A stretch of 62,696 nucleotides of DNA, filler included, from Stramenopiles sp. TOSAG23-6 (Eukaryota), in assembly GCA_900128565.1 (NCBI GenBank). It is 7 parts of 7 records of this genome, joined end to end, with 100 filler letters (N's around TTAATTAATTAA, not from the genome) between each part and the next. Parts side by side here need not be neighbours in the genome. Positions count along the whole stretch, not along the records: positions 47,863 to 59,688 come from LT636234.1; positions 59,789 to 61,192 come from LT639106.1; 5 more parts are not named here. One strand, written 5' to 3'. Position 1 is the first letter of the stretch. The number at the start of each line of letters is the position of its first letter. The notes beneath the pieces are model-generated. The model saw only the letters and a program-made list of their open reading frames with translations, was not told the origin of the DNA and did not search any database. Of the stretch, positions 48,825 to 59,882 are shown one piece after another. The position numbers and the translations under genes were made by a program.

Positions 48825-51800
48825 ATGAAGGTGGGAGATACTATAGTTGCTCTATACGACTATATCCCAGATGAGAATGATGGTTTAAGTCTTGAGGAAG
48901 GTTTAGAACTAGTTGTTATTGAAATAGACGGTGACTGGACGTGTGCACGACTCTGTTCAGGTGCTACTAGTGGTTGGATACCGACAAACTATGTTGAAAA
49001 GGTAAAAAAGAAAAAGAAAAAGGAAGTTCCCTCTCTTCCGAATAGTAGTCGGCGTGTATCGCCTTTACAGCACGAGCATTATATGATTACGAAGCCGAAG
49101 ATGAAGGTGAAATGACGATCAGGCTCGGGGACTTGATCTCTGTTATTGAAGACTCAGATTCTGACTGGTGGGTTGGTACGTTACGGGGCAAAACAGGATC
49201 ATTTCCGCGTACATATGTTGAAGTGGTGTCCAATACTTCACGGGACGATACAACTGAATCAGTATCATATGATGCTGAGATCAGAGCTGAAAAAGAAAAT
49301 AAACGAGAAGAAAAGGAACGTCAACAACGTGAAAAAGAACGCACTGAGCGAGAGCAGCGTGAAAAAGAGCAGCGTATAAAACGAAGGAAGGAACGTGAAG
49401 AAGCTGAACGTAAGAGAAAGATGGAAGCAAGTGCGAAAAAATCAAATATAAAATCTAAAAAAAATGGCATAAAGAAAGCAAAGAAAAATAATAACAGTGC
49501 ATTAATGGCTGCTATTGCAGGTAAAAAGAAAAGTGGACCACCCTCTGGTGATAGAAGTGCATTAATGGCTGCTATTGCAGGTAAAAAGAATAAGAAATCG
49601 AGCAAACGACAATGCGAAGAAGAATCAGGTCATCAATTATTTACAAAAAGTAAAGAAAAACTAAATCGTAAAAAAAAAGATCGATTGCGTCGTCGGAAAG
49701 CTGTGGAATCTGTACGTTTTCATCATGAATTTTAAATTAGTATGTAATTTTTGTAGAAAGTTTTGTACCTAACTATTTTTTTTAAACCAAAAAAAAAAGA
49801 TATTTTTCACAATATTCGTACGCCTTATTGCGGATGTTCACGGAGTGGATGATATGGTTTTATTGCCTAAACTATCTGACAAATCAATCGTAGGAAATTT
49901 ATCTCAGCGTCACAAGAATGATATCATTTACACTTATATTGGAAATGTTTTAATTTCGTTAAATCCTTTTAAATGGATAAAAATGTATGACGAATTTCAT
50001 ATCAATAAGTACAAAGGTAAACAACCTGTCGATGTGCCACCTCACGTATATGCTGTTGCAGAGTCAGCGTATAGGGAAATGAATGAAGAGGAAGAAAGTA
50101 TGTTTTATTTTTTTTCAATTTCGATTTTTTTTTCGTACGAAATTTTGTACCTTGTACCTAACAAATTTTACAAAAAAAATATTTTTTCACAATACAAGCC
50201 AATGTGTTATAATCAGTGGAGAGTCTGGAGCTGGTAAAACCGAAGCTGCTAAGCAAATCATGAGATATATAGCTGCTGTCAGTGCTGGTGGTCATTCAGA
50301 AGCTGTAGCTCGTGTTAAAGATGTCATTATGGAAAGTAATGCAGTATTAGAGGCATTTGGTAATGCAATGACTTTGAGAAATAATGTACGTTTTCATTTC
50401 AATTTCGAATATTTTTTTTCATACGAAATTTTGTACCTGACAAGTTTTTTTAGATTTTTTGAAATATTTTTTCATAATCCATAATTCTTCTCGGTTTGGT
50501 AAATATTTGGAAATACAATTTGATCTTCAAGGAACACCAAGAGGGGGAAAAATTACAACATATTTACTTGAAAAATCTCGAATTGTCCGTCCAAGTGAAG
50601 GGGAAAGATCTTTTCATGTACGTTTTATTTTTTTTTCAATTTCGATTTTTTTTTTTATAAAAATTTATATTTTATATGATGCTTTTTGGTATGCCAGAAT
50701 CACTTCGATCAAAATTAGAACTCGGTTCTCCTAATGAATTCGCGTACTTAAGACAAAGTGGAACATATACCATTGATAATGCTGGTGGTAAAATTAACGA
50801 TAAAACAGAATATCAAGATATGACAAGAGCTATGGATAAGATGGGAATCACGAAAAATGATCGTCTAGAAGTATTTAAATTATTAGCAGGAATTTTACAT
50901 CTAGGTAATGTAACTTTCAAACCCAAAAGAATTGGATCTGCTGATGGTTCGTGTGTTGGTGATACACGTGCACTCGAAATTACCGCGGATCTTTTAGGTG
51001 TAGATTCTCAGTGCTTGGAATTTGCGTTGACATTTAGAATGATGCATACCGGTGGGGAAACATTTGAAGTACATTTTCATCACTTGATTTTTTAAAATTA
51101 TTTTTTTTTTTTGGTATGAAATTCCATACCTAACGAATTTTACAAAAAAAACTATTGTTGCATAATACATGTCCCAGAAAATCCAACAAAAGCAAATGCT
51201 GCAAGAGACGCACTTGCAAAAGCTATTTATTCAAAAATCTTTGATTTTCTTGTAAAAAAAATCAATTTATCATTGAAATTAAAAGATGAATTTGATGAAT
51301 TTGATAATGAGGACGATGAAGATGATTTACTTACGATTGGAGTTTTGGATATTTATGGTTTTGAAATATTTGAGACTAACTTTTTTGAACAGTTTTGTAT
51401 TAATTATGTCAATGAAAAATTACAACAGATTTTCATTGAGCTTACGTTAAAAGCTGAACAGGAAGAATATTCAAGAGAAGGAATTACTTGGACAGAAATC
51501 CCATTTTTTAATAACAAAATTGTTTGTCAACTGATTGAAGCTCGAAAGCCTCCAGGAATCTTTACAATATTAGATGACACCTGCAAAACCATTCACGCAG
51601 AATCACGGGGAGTTGACATTAAGTTTTTGGATAAATTGAAGAGCTTTCAATCAAAACATAAACACTTTACCGGGATGAAACACAAATTTGTTGTGAAACA
51701 TTATGCTGGAGATGTGGAGTATGTATGTTTTATTTTTTTTTTAAACAAAAAAATCGAATTGTTTTTTCGTACGAAGTTTTGTACCTAACAAATGTTTTTA

Positions 51801-54800
51801 GATTTTTTTGAAATATTTTTCCAAAATACAGACGGTGGATGGATTTTGTGTAGCTAATAAAGATTCTTTGGTAAGTGATATTGCTGATGTCTTGGCAACA
51901 AGTGAAAACATTCTTATCAAAGATTTTTTTTCTGATAATTGTCTAAAAAATGNAAAAAAAAAGAAAACATCTGGTGAGAAGATTAAAAATCAATCGAAAG
52001 CTTTAGTGAAAAAACTTATGGCTGCTAGTCCTCATTATATCAGATGTCTTAAACCAAATGATAAAAAAAGAGCTGATTTTATTAATCCAAATAGGATTTC
52101 TCATCAGTGTAAATATTTAGGTCTTTTAGAAAATATCAAAGTTCGCCGCGCAGGGTTTGCATATCGAGCAGAATTTCATCGTTTTGCAGAAAGATTTCGA
52201 CTTTTATCTTGTAAAACTTGGCCGAAGCGCTTCGTTGGTACTGAAAAAGAAGCATGTAGAGCAATCATAAATGATGCAAGTAGAATTATACCGGAATTAA
52301 ATGGCCCCGAGGCTCAACTAGGAAAATACAAAGTCTTTATTAAACGTCCAAAAACGTTTTTTAAACTGGAAAAACAACTTCAATTACGGCGCAGTGGTTT
52401 TGCTCTACAAATTCAAAATCTTTGGAGAAGATATTTAGCTCGTCGGGATCTTGTGGAATTACGTCTTTCAATAGGTCAATTATATACGAATAATAATAAA
52501 AGTCGAGCAAGGGGAAGTATTTATCGTCCCTATGATGGAAATTATTTACAACGATTGCCTGAAGCTGTACGTATTGCAGTAAATGACATTATCAGCTATC
52601 ATGATGACACAGAATTTATTGTTTTTGGTGATGTGATTAAAAAGCTTCAATGTGGTATTGGTGATGATCGAGATGGTATCATTGTTTCGAGAATCTTTGT
52701 TATTACGAATAAAGCAATATATATTATGGAACAAATGCAACGATGTCGTCAACTAATAGTCGGAAATGAAGGTCATATGACCTTACCTTCAAAACCAAAG
52801 AAATCAAACATGTTTTCTAGTTTATTAGGCAAATCTACAAAAACTATCGAAGAACTTGAAGCGAGTCAAGAAATTAGTGCCAAAAAATTCAAACATGTAC
52901 ATCTTCGCCGTCGTACTAAATTAATCAACATTACTAGTGTCACTGTATCAACCCTCAGTGATGATTTATTAATGATTTCAGTCAAAGAGGATAATGTTTC
53001 ACCAGTTCCAGATAAAAGTCACTGGTTACCAGACTCCCAATGTGATGCTTGCATGCAAACAGGTAAAGTATTTGGTAAGATATTTAATCGAAGACATCAT
53101 TGTAGATTGACAGGAAATCAGTATTCGGATAGTGTCTGTAATGCTTTAGTATTATTGCCAGACTTAGGATGGTATACTCCACAGCGAGTTCACGATGGTG
53201 CTATTGGTTTTGCTAGTACTGAGATGCGTGAAGATACTGTTCTTCTCTCTCAAAGAAAAACTGAAATTGCAGCTATTTTACATGAACGTTGTGCCAAGGA
53301 TAAACTAATGAAACGTTTTATTTACTTTTCGAATCAAATACGCCCAAAACAAGCTCCAATGAAAGAGTTATCGTGTACCGTTGCTGGGACAATTAATATT
53401 CAAAAATTTCGAAGTTCTAGTAGTAATTTGACCGATGCGAAACCTATTGGGTTTGAGGATTGGACTGTCTCTTCCCCAGCTGGTGTTTTACAAGATGTTG
53501 TAAAAGCTCGTTTAGAAAGAGATGAAGTACGGAAAGTCCGCCGTCAGAGAGAACGCGAAGACGAACGCCGAATTCGTATGTTTTCATGATGAATTCCATT
53601 TTGTTTTTGGTATGAAATTCCGTACCCTAACGATTTTTTTTATACAATATTTTTCACAATGCATGTAAAGATCGCCAAGAAGCTAGAGCCGCGGAGCGTG
53701 CTGAACAACGCGCTCAGCGTATTGCAGCAAAGCGTGCACGAAAAGCAGAATTACGAAAAAATGGTAAAAAAACTAAATGTGACCGGAAAGTGAATGATAA
53801 GTCTGTTATGTCATCAAAAAAAAAACGAGACGTTCCAACTTGGATGAAGAAAAAAACTACAACAAAGGTAGCAACAGTTCCAAATTCAAAACTAAAATTG
53901 AAAACAAGTAATATTATAGAAACAAAAAAAGTACAATCAAAAGTCTCTCGTCCACCTCCTCCAGCATTACTCTCCAACACAACTAAAAAGAAAACAAGTA
54001 TTCGTCCACCTCCTCCAGCATTACTCTCCAATACAACTAAAAAGAAAACAAGTATTCGTCCACCTCCTCCAGCATTACTCTCCAACACAACTAAAAAGAA
54101 AACAAGTATTCGTCCACCTCCTCCAGCATTACTCTCCAATACAACTAAAAAGAAAACAAGTATTACAAGTATTCGTCCACCTCCTCCAGCATTACTCTCC
54201 AACACAACTAAAAAAAAAACAAGTATTCGTCCACCTCCTCCAGCATTACTCTCCAACACAACTAAAAAAAAACAAGTATTCGTCCACTTTTACCAAAGGT
54301 TCCAAAAAGAGATAATAAATCAAAAAGTCAACCAGCGTGGATGGATCAACGACAGAACCAATTATCAGTTGTCACTGAAAAACAAAAGTTTACCAAGGCC
54401 AAAAAACGTTTATCCAAAGAAATTCCAATAAAAGATTCAACAAACATGGATACACCAAAACGTTTACCCATGCGACCTGTGCCAAAACTAAAAAAACTGA
54501 AGAAGAATAAAAAGGAAGTAGTGAAAGACAATAAAGAAGTTAAATCAAAAAAGACTCGAAATGATGGAAAAGAAAATAAAGAAGATAAAAAATCTATAGA
54601 AAGTCTAAAGAAAGCACAACAGGTAGCTGTAGATGCAAGAGATTTTCGTAAGGCAGCAGACTTGGGAGATAAGATAAAAGTATTAGAAGAAGAGCAAAAA
54701 AATGCAGAAAATAATCGAAACAATCAGAAGAAAATAGAAGAACTCGAAATTCGTTTGGAAAAGGCTGTGAAAAATCGAAATTATCACCTGGCTGGCGATC

Positions 54801-54955
54801 TTGATGATGAAATTAAGGCTCTAAAAAATTGCACTACAGATGTTTCAAAAGTTTCACCAACTGAAAAAACCCCAACAACAATCAAACGTAAAAACACAAA
54901 AGTTGTAAATACATATAGTGACTCAGAATCCGATTGGACATCAACAGAATGTTAA
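48825..54955 (+). CDS. Unconventional class-I-like myosin: SH3-SH3-WH2-like x2-motor-IQ-TH1 with FYVE insert-SAH-Pro-rich repeats-UVR x2
   Basis: [38 protein letters not shown]; seven introner introns, a probable 47-nt GT-AG intron 49002-49048 and a homopolymer frameshift near 54270. Confidence 0.88.
49712..49817 (+). mobile_element. Introner intron, GT-TC (106 nt)
   Basis: GTACGTTTTCATCATG...CACAATAT-TC|gta. Confidence 0.7.
50098..50197 (+). mobile_element. Introner intron, GT-AA (100 nt)
   Basis: Restores [17 protein letters not shown]; the AG 1 nt downstream is out of frame. Confidence 0.88.
50386..50482 (+). mobile_element. Introner intron, GT-AT (97 nt)
   Basis: Restores TLRNN|NSSRFGK. 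Confidence 0.9.
50618..50666 (+). mobile_element. Truncated introner intron, GT-TT (49 nt)
   Basis: Restores ERSFH|IFY; lacks core and 3' motif. Confidence 0.6.
51069..51170 (+). mobile_element. Introner intron, GT-AT (102 nt)
   Basis: Restores [21 protein letters not shown]. Confidence 0.85.
51723..51831 (+). mobile_element. Introner intron, GT-AG (109 nt)
   Basis: Restores [13 protein letters not shown]. Confidence 0.9.
53576..53664 (+). mobile_element. Introner intron, GT-AT (89 nt)
   Basis: Restores [18 protein letters not shown]. Confidence 0.82.
53949..54288 (+). repeat. Coding 54-bp tandem repeat, six copies ([18 protein letters not shown])
   Basis: Near-identical direct units with no spacers. 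Confidence 0.95.
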
Positions 54956-55284
54956 AAAGAGTATGATAATCATTTACAAGTTTTATGCAAAACCGTAATA
55001 AAATTTTCTCTTAAAAAATTATATAATAATTACACATTTTTATTCATAAACTAAACGTATAATGGAATACTATAGAACAATTTATAAATACTATCTTTTT
55101 GACAAAAATAATGACTACTACGCGAATTCATTATATTCATTTGCTCATAATTGACAGAGTTCAAAATCATTTGCTAATCTTATATGCACTTTTTATATCA
55201 TTCATTTCTCTTCATGTTGTTAAGGCGCTGTGCTGCACCATTTTTGAAAACATTTTAGTATTATAGTATATATTATTCTAAACA

Positions 55285-56921
55285 CTACATGTCAGACGGT
55301 TTGATAACAACAAATGTTAGTGATGCTTCTGTTGTCTTTGAAAAGTTACGGAGCCCATAAGTATTATGTGGTGGAACATAAAAATGATCACCTGGCGATA
55401 AAATGAATTTTTCTTCGGCGACTTTAAATTCTACAGATTTTGCTTGACCAGATATGACGTAAAATACTTGAGTACAAGACCGAACACTTTCGACATCCTT
55501 AAACGCACCCGGTCTTAATTTAACAACACCAGATACAAATTTCTTTTCATCAAAAGCACCACTCGCAAGAGCGACAGCCGAATCATCTTTTCTTGGAACG
55601 GAAGGAGCGAGTTCACGAAATTGCATCTCTGAATTCAAACGAATGACTTCCAAACTCTCTTCAATAGCTTTACCATTTTTACCATCACTTTTCCAAACGT
55701 TTGCAGCATTACCTTTGGTAATCTCATACCCTTTTGGGAGGTCCACAGGCTCTTCATTATCACTAACATCTTCACTATCAGTCGAACCACTTTCTTTCTT
55801 CTTCATCTTCCGTCGTTTTGATTTGGAATTCTTCTTCTTACCTGTAGGCTTATTTGGTTTTCGTGTTCTCTTCAATTTTGGTGTTGGAACTCCAATACGC
55901 TCTGCACCTTTCACTGAAGGGAGTGGACTGCTAGCAGTATGACCCGAAAACGTCAGTCGTTCACCTCTCCAGTACTCAAGAGGCTGCCAACGACGACGTT
56001 TAGACCGTCTAGTAGCACCATCATGAAGCGGGGAAATCGAAGCAGGACCGAGGCTCTGCCGACTTGCTTTAAATGAACCATCTCCACGTTTTCGTTTTGG
56101 TACTTTTTCGACTTTGCTATTTATTTTCTTCTTTTTTGATACAGGTTTTTTCTTTTCCAAAACACGTTTTTGTAAGTCATCACCACTATCATCATCTGAT
56201 TCTGATGACAAAGCTTCTTCTGGAACTAAATCCTGTAGATTCGTCTCGGGTTCTGGCACAACCTCATTCGATTCTTCATCTTCAATATCTACATCCACAG
56301 TAGCAGTATCATCAATTTCAGCATCAAATGAAGCTTCCATAATCATATCTCCACCATCATCTTCAAAAGAGTCGTCAACTCCAACATCTGCATTTTGTCC
56401 AAACGATAGTCTTTTATTTGGTGATACCAAGGCTGGAGATGGCACCACTGATGAGTGGGGTGAAGATTTATTCGCACGATTCATACGAGATTCGCTCCTC
56501 GTTTGTCGTTTGTGTGATGCCGTGCCGTTCGTACGACCTGAACTACTCTTCGAAACTGCTCCTGTTGAGGGCGTAACTACATTTGCAACATAACTCTGCT
56601 GTTCCTTGTCGTTAGTTTCATCTCCACCGAAAAAATCATCGACATCATCAAAACCATCACTGCCCCTTCGAATATTAGTTGGTATTTTGGTCCCAGATCT
56701 TTTACCAAATGTAAGGTTAAAGGGACGACGAGAAGTTACATAACCTTCAGAACCTTTCTTTTGGTGCCCGAAGCGTTGACGACGCGATTGCAGAGCCTGT
56801 AAAAGCAAAATGATCGAAAGAAGAATGTAAATGAGGAAACGAATAAAAAAATGATAGAATTCAATGGAGTAATATACTAAATATTTAGAAGGGAAATATA
56901 GAAATCTGGATTACTTACCAT
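55285..56921 (-). CDS. CENPC: Centromere protein C (Mif2); ATG exon then canonical intron 56918-56797
   Basis: CENP-C motif RRSKRRRWQPLEYWRGER and C-terminal cupin; ATG|GTAAGT...TTTTACAG|. Confidence 0.9.
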
Positions 56922-57241
56922 CTATAGGTTCAATGCGACTTTGTCGATTTTACGAAGGACAACAACACAGAAGACACAGTCTTTTTGCGACCGCGGTTTG
57001 AATTTTCGAACACATTTTTTTGTTTTGCCGCGAATTTTTCAAGTTTGATTTTCAGCATTTTTCGTGTAACACAAACATGCTTTTCTAAGAGAGTCGGCGA
57101 ATCGATATCGTGCTCAAGGTCAAAAATTGCAAAAAACGCCCCAAAAAACGATCGACGGCCAAGACACTACGTAGGCTACTATAAAGTAGTACTAGAATTA
57201 ATTATTATACACACGCAAGATTTATTAGTATTTAAGTTAGA

Positions 57242-57718
57242 ATGACATCTACTCCTCCAGATATGGGAGAAGGTTCCGGATGGGTCTGTATATATCCTGT
57301 GTATATCGATGCAAGTCGTAGTTTAAAAGGTGGTAGAAGAGTTGCTAAAGAGCATTGTTGTTTGAGGCCAACAGCGCGACAAATTGCTGAGGTAGCAAAC
57401 GCACTACACTTACCTGTTTTTATTGATGGTAGAAAGAGACACCCACATGATTGCTTTACATACGGTCGTTGTCATATCCGTCTTCAACGAGATGGGCGCG
57501 ACGTTCACCCAAAGATTAAAACAAGAAAAGATTTAATGCGTGAGTTGGGCGTGAAAATACCAAGACTGAAGTCCCGGATCACCATGGAAGCAAATGTAGC
57601 AAAAATGGCATCTTTACAGATTAAGCAACAAGAAGCACAGGCAGCAAAGGCCCAATCTAGATCAACAGCGGGTTCCTCTAAAAAGAGTAAGAAAAAGCGT
57701 AACAAAAAAAAGAAATAG
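57242..57718 (+). CDS. SRP19: Signal recognition particle 19 kDa protein
   Basis: WVCIYPVYID...GRRV, KRHPHD...GR. Confidence 0.93.
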   Translation: MTSTPPDMGEGSGWVCIYPVYIDASRSLKGGRRVAKEHCCLRPTARQIAEVANALHLPVFIDGRKRHPHDCFTYGRCHIRLQRDGRDVHPKIKTRKDLMRELGVKIPRLKSRITMEANVAKMASLQIKQQEAQAAKAQSRSTAGSSKKSKKKRNKKKK

Positions 57719-57841
57719 ACTGTTGATTTTTAGGCAAATTTCCTAAAGGCCCTACAAAAACACTGATAGTTCGGCAACGGTGATAATAAATAAAAAATGT
57801 ATCCACGCTTACTCATAAACTATATTTATTTTCTATATTAA

Positions 57842-59633
57842 TCAAGTTATAACATCCAATGTTTCAAGTAGTGCGATATGAATAAGCGCATATGTCGCTT
57901 CTCTTTGTTGTGGACAGTTGGAAGAGGCATGAATATCTTTCTGGCCACTATATGATTTGATGAAAGCGAGACATAAAGTATCCCTCATCGCACAATTGAG
58001 AAGCTGCTTGGATGTATTGTTCATATTGTTTTTATTACATTCACAGCAACCATCTGGAATAGGATTTTGGACTGCTCCACTGTTAACAGATGATCCAGCT
58101 AGTGTTAATAGCATACCAGAGTATTCCTCTTTAATAAGTTCTTTAAAATCAAACCAATTGTCAGGTGCTTCAAATTCTTCAGGTTTTCTATTCATGACAA
58201 ATGACTCTTCTGTGTATGCCATATCAAAATCAAGAGGTCCTAAGAATGATCTAGGCGTTTCTGTGTATAATTCGGGTGGTAAAACAACAAAATTGTTTGC
58301 ATGTGCATTGCAATGAAATGGTCCAATTGCATCGCAAAAAGTTCCCCAACTGATTTTTTCCTCATGAAGTTTCTTAAGAAATTCACCACATTCCCAACCA
58401 AGCCTCCAATATAACTCACCAAGAAGACTTATTTTATCATGATTCGTATTTAAATCTGTCATATAAGATTGAATATATTGTTGTAGTATAAAGCGCTGCG
58501 TCTTATAGACCTCATGAATATTGGAAAAATATTTAAAAAAAAAAATTCGTTAGGTACAAAATTGCGTACGAAAAACAAAATTCGACTTTGAAAAAAAATA
58601 AAACACACATGAATATTGGAATCCTCAAGAAGAGAGAAAGAAAAAGGGTTCCAGTCATTTGGTGTTTTTAACTTGAATAGCAAAGTCGCATCCAATAGAG
58701 TTTCTTCATTGGCCATCCCCATCTCTGCAAGCATTGCAGTTGAAGTAAATTCAATCCTCTTAGTGTCACTACCAACAACAGATACCCTGTCACCAAAATC
58801 AAGTGAAGGAAATTTACTAGATAATAGTAAAGTAGTTGTTGACATTTTGGCAATATTATTATCATGACGACAATCTTTGACTGGTGAGGATGGTACCAAA
58901 ATTTCATACGAAAGAATTTTCTCAAGACCAGCAAGAAGGTGTGATCCAAGTCTGCGATTTCCAAATGTTTGCATTAATGAACAACACCGTTTCACTTTAG
59001 GTATAGGATGGAGAGGTGGTACATCATATTCGTACCAGCCAATAGGTTTATTTGCACAAAACATGTTTGATTGAAAAAGTAAATCATTGATCTTTGATGT
59101 CATAAATAGTTCACGGAGAGCTGTATGCTCGTGACTTGATCCACGAATTTGTCTGCAGGTTTTTCCAATCATTTTATTAAATTCTGAACGAATTATGAAG
59201 CCTTTCCCATTTGTCATTCCACAACCCTTTAAACGAAACCATTTATATTTATTTGTATTCGAGACATTCATTTGTATAATTGCGGATCGTTGACCACTTA
59301 CGTAGGCTGATATAGTACCATCATTCGTTTTTATTAAAGGATTCAATAGAGCTGCTGGAATATATTGAGAGCTACTCTTTATTTCAGAGTGTTCAGTTTC
59401 TTTTTCTTCAAAGGTTTCATTCATTGTAGTTATTTCATTTTCTTTTTCTTCAAAGGTTTCATTCATTGTAGTTATTTGATTTTCGACAATTATATCTGTA
59501 GCAGGAACCGCCGGAACCATTACATTACTATATTCTTCTCCCAATGAGGACATCGGCTGAAGTCGGCGAAGACTTGTACTGATATTATCCTCATTCTTTG
59601 TTGATTGTCGAAGGTTATTTTTCACATAACTAT
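57842..59633 (-). CDS. Kinase-like-fold hypothetical protein, 5'-partial; exons 59633-58609 and 58513-57842
   Basis: RLKGCG, ALREL, HCNAHANNF and PLDFD resemble kinase-superfamily motifs. Confidence 0.6.
58514..58608 (-). mobile_element. Introner intron, GT-AT (95 nt)
   Basis: at|GTGTGTTTTATT...core...TTCCAATATTC-AT|. Confidence 0.82.
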
Positions 59634-59688
59634 ATGTATTTTGGAAAAATATTTCAAAAAAAAAAAAAACTTAAATTTGTTAGGTACA
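59634..59688 (-). mobile_element. 3' half of an introner intron at contig end
   Basis: GTACCTAAC...TTCCAAAATAC-AT|. Confidence 0.75.
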
Positions 59689-59788
59689 NNNNNNNNNNNN
59701 NNNNNNNNNNNNNNNNNNNNNNNNNNNNNNNNTTAATTAATTAANNNNNNNNNNNNNNNNNNNNNNNNNNNNNNNNNNNNNNNNNNNN

Positions 59789-59882
59789 TTTTTTTTTTTT
59801 TTGTAAAATTTGTTAGGTACGAAATTTCGTATGAAAAAAAATTATAAATATATTTTTTTTTTTAATCCTATATAGTATGTAC
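59789..59882 (-). mobile_element. Introner intron truncated by contig end
   Basis: at|GTACAT...CATACGAAATTTCGTACCTAAC. Confidence 0.7.

Noticed and set aside
50098-50197. U12-type AT-AC introns
   Set aside because: No RTATCCTT donor or TCCTTAAC branch site, and the AT-AC register fails for copies flanked by aa, gt, ct or tc.
53714-54259. Antisense repetitive ORF and other short overlapping ORFs in the track
   Set aside because: Shadows of real genes, or read-through into T-rich introns (recurrent FFSYEILYL and FFRTKFCT peptides are translated element core).
54262-54275. Programmed frameshift in the myosin tail (also near 34935)
   Set aside because: Falls in an A-homopolymer one base shorter than in sibling repeat units; likely sequencing error.
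53949-54288. CRISPR-like array
   Set aside because: No unique spacers; it is an in-frame coding tandem repeat in the myosin tail.
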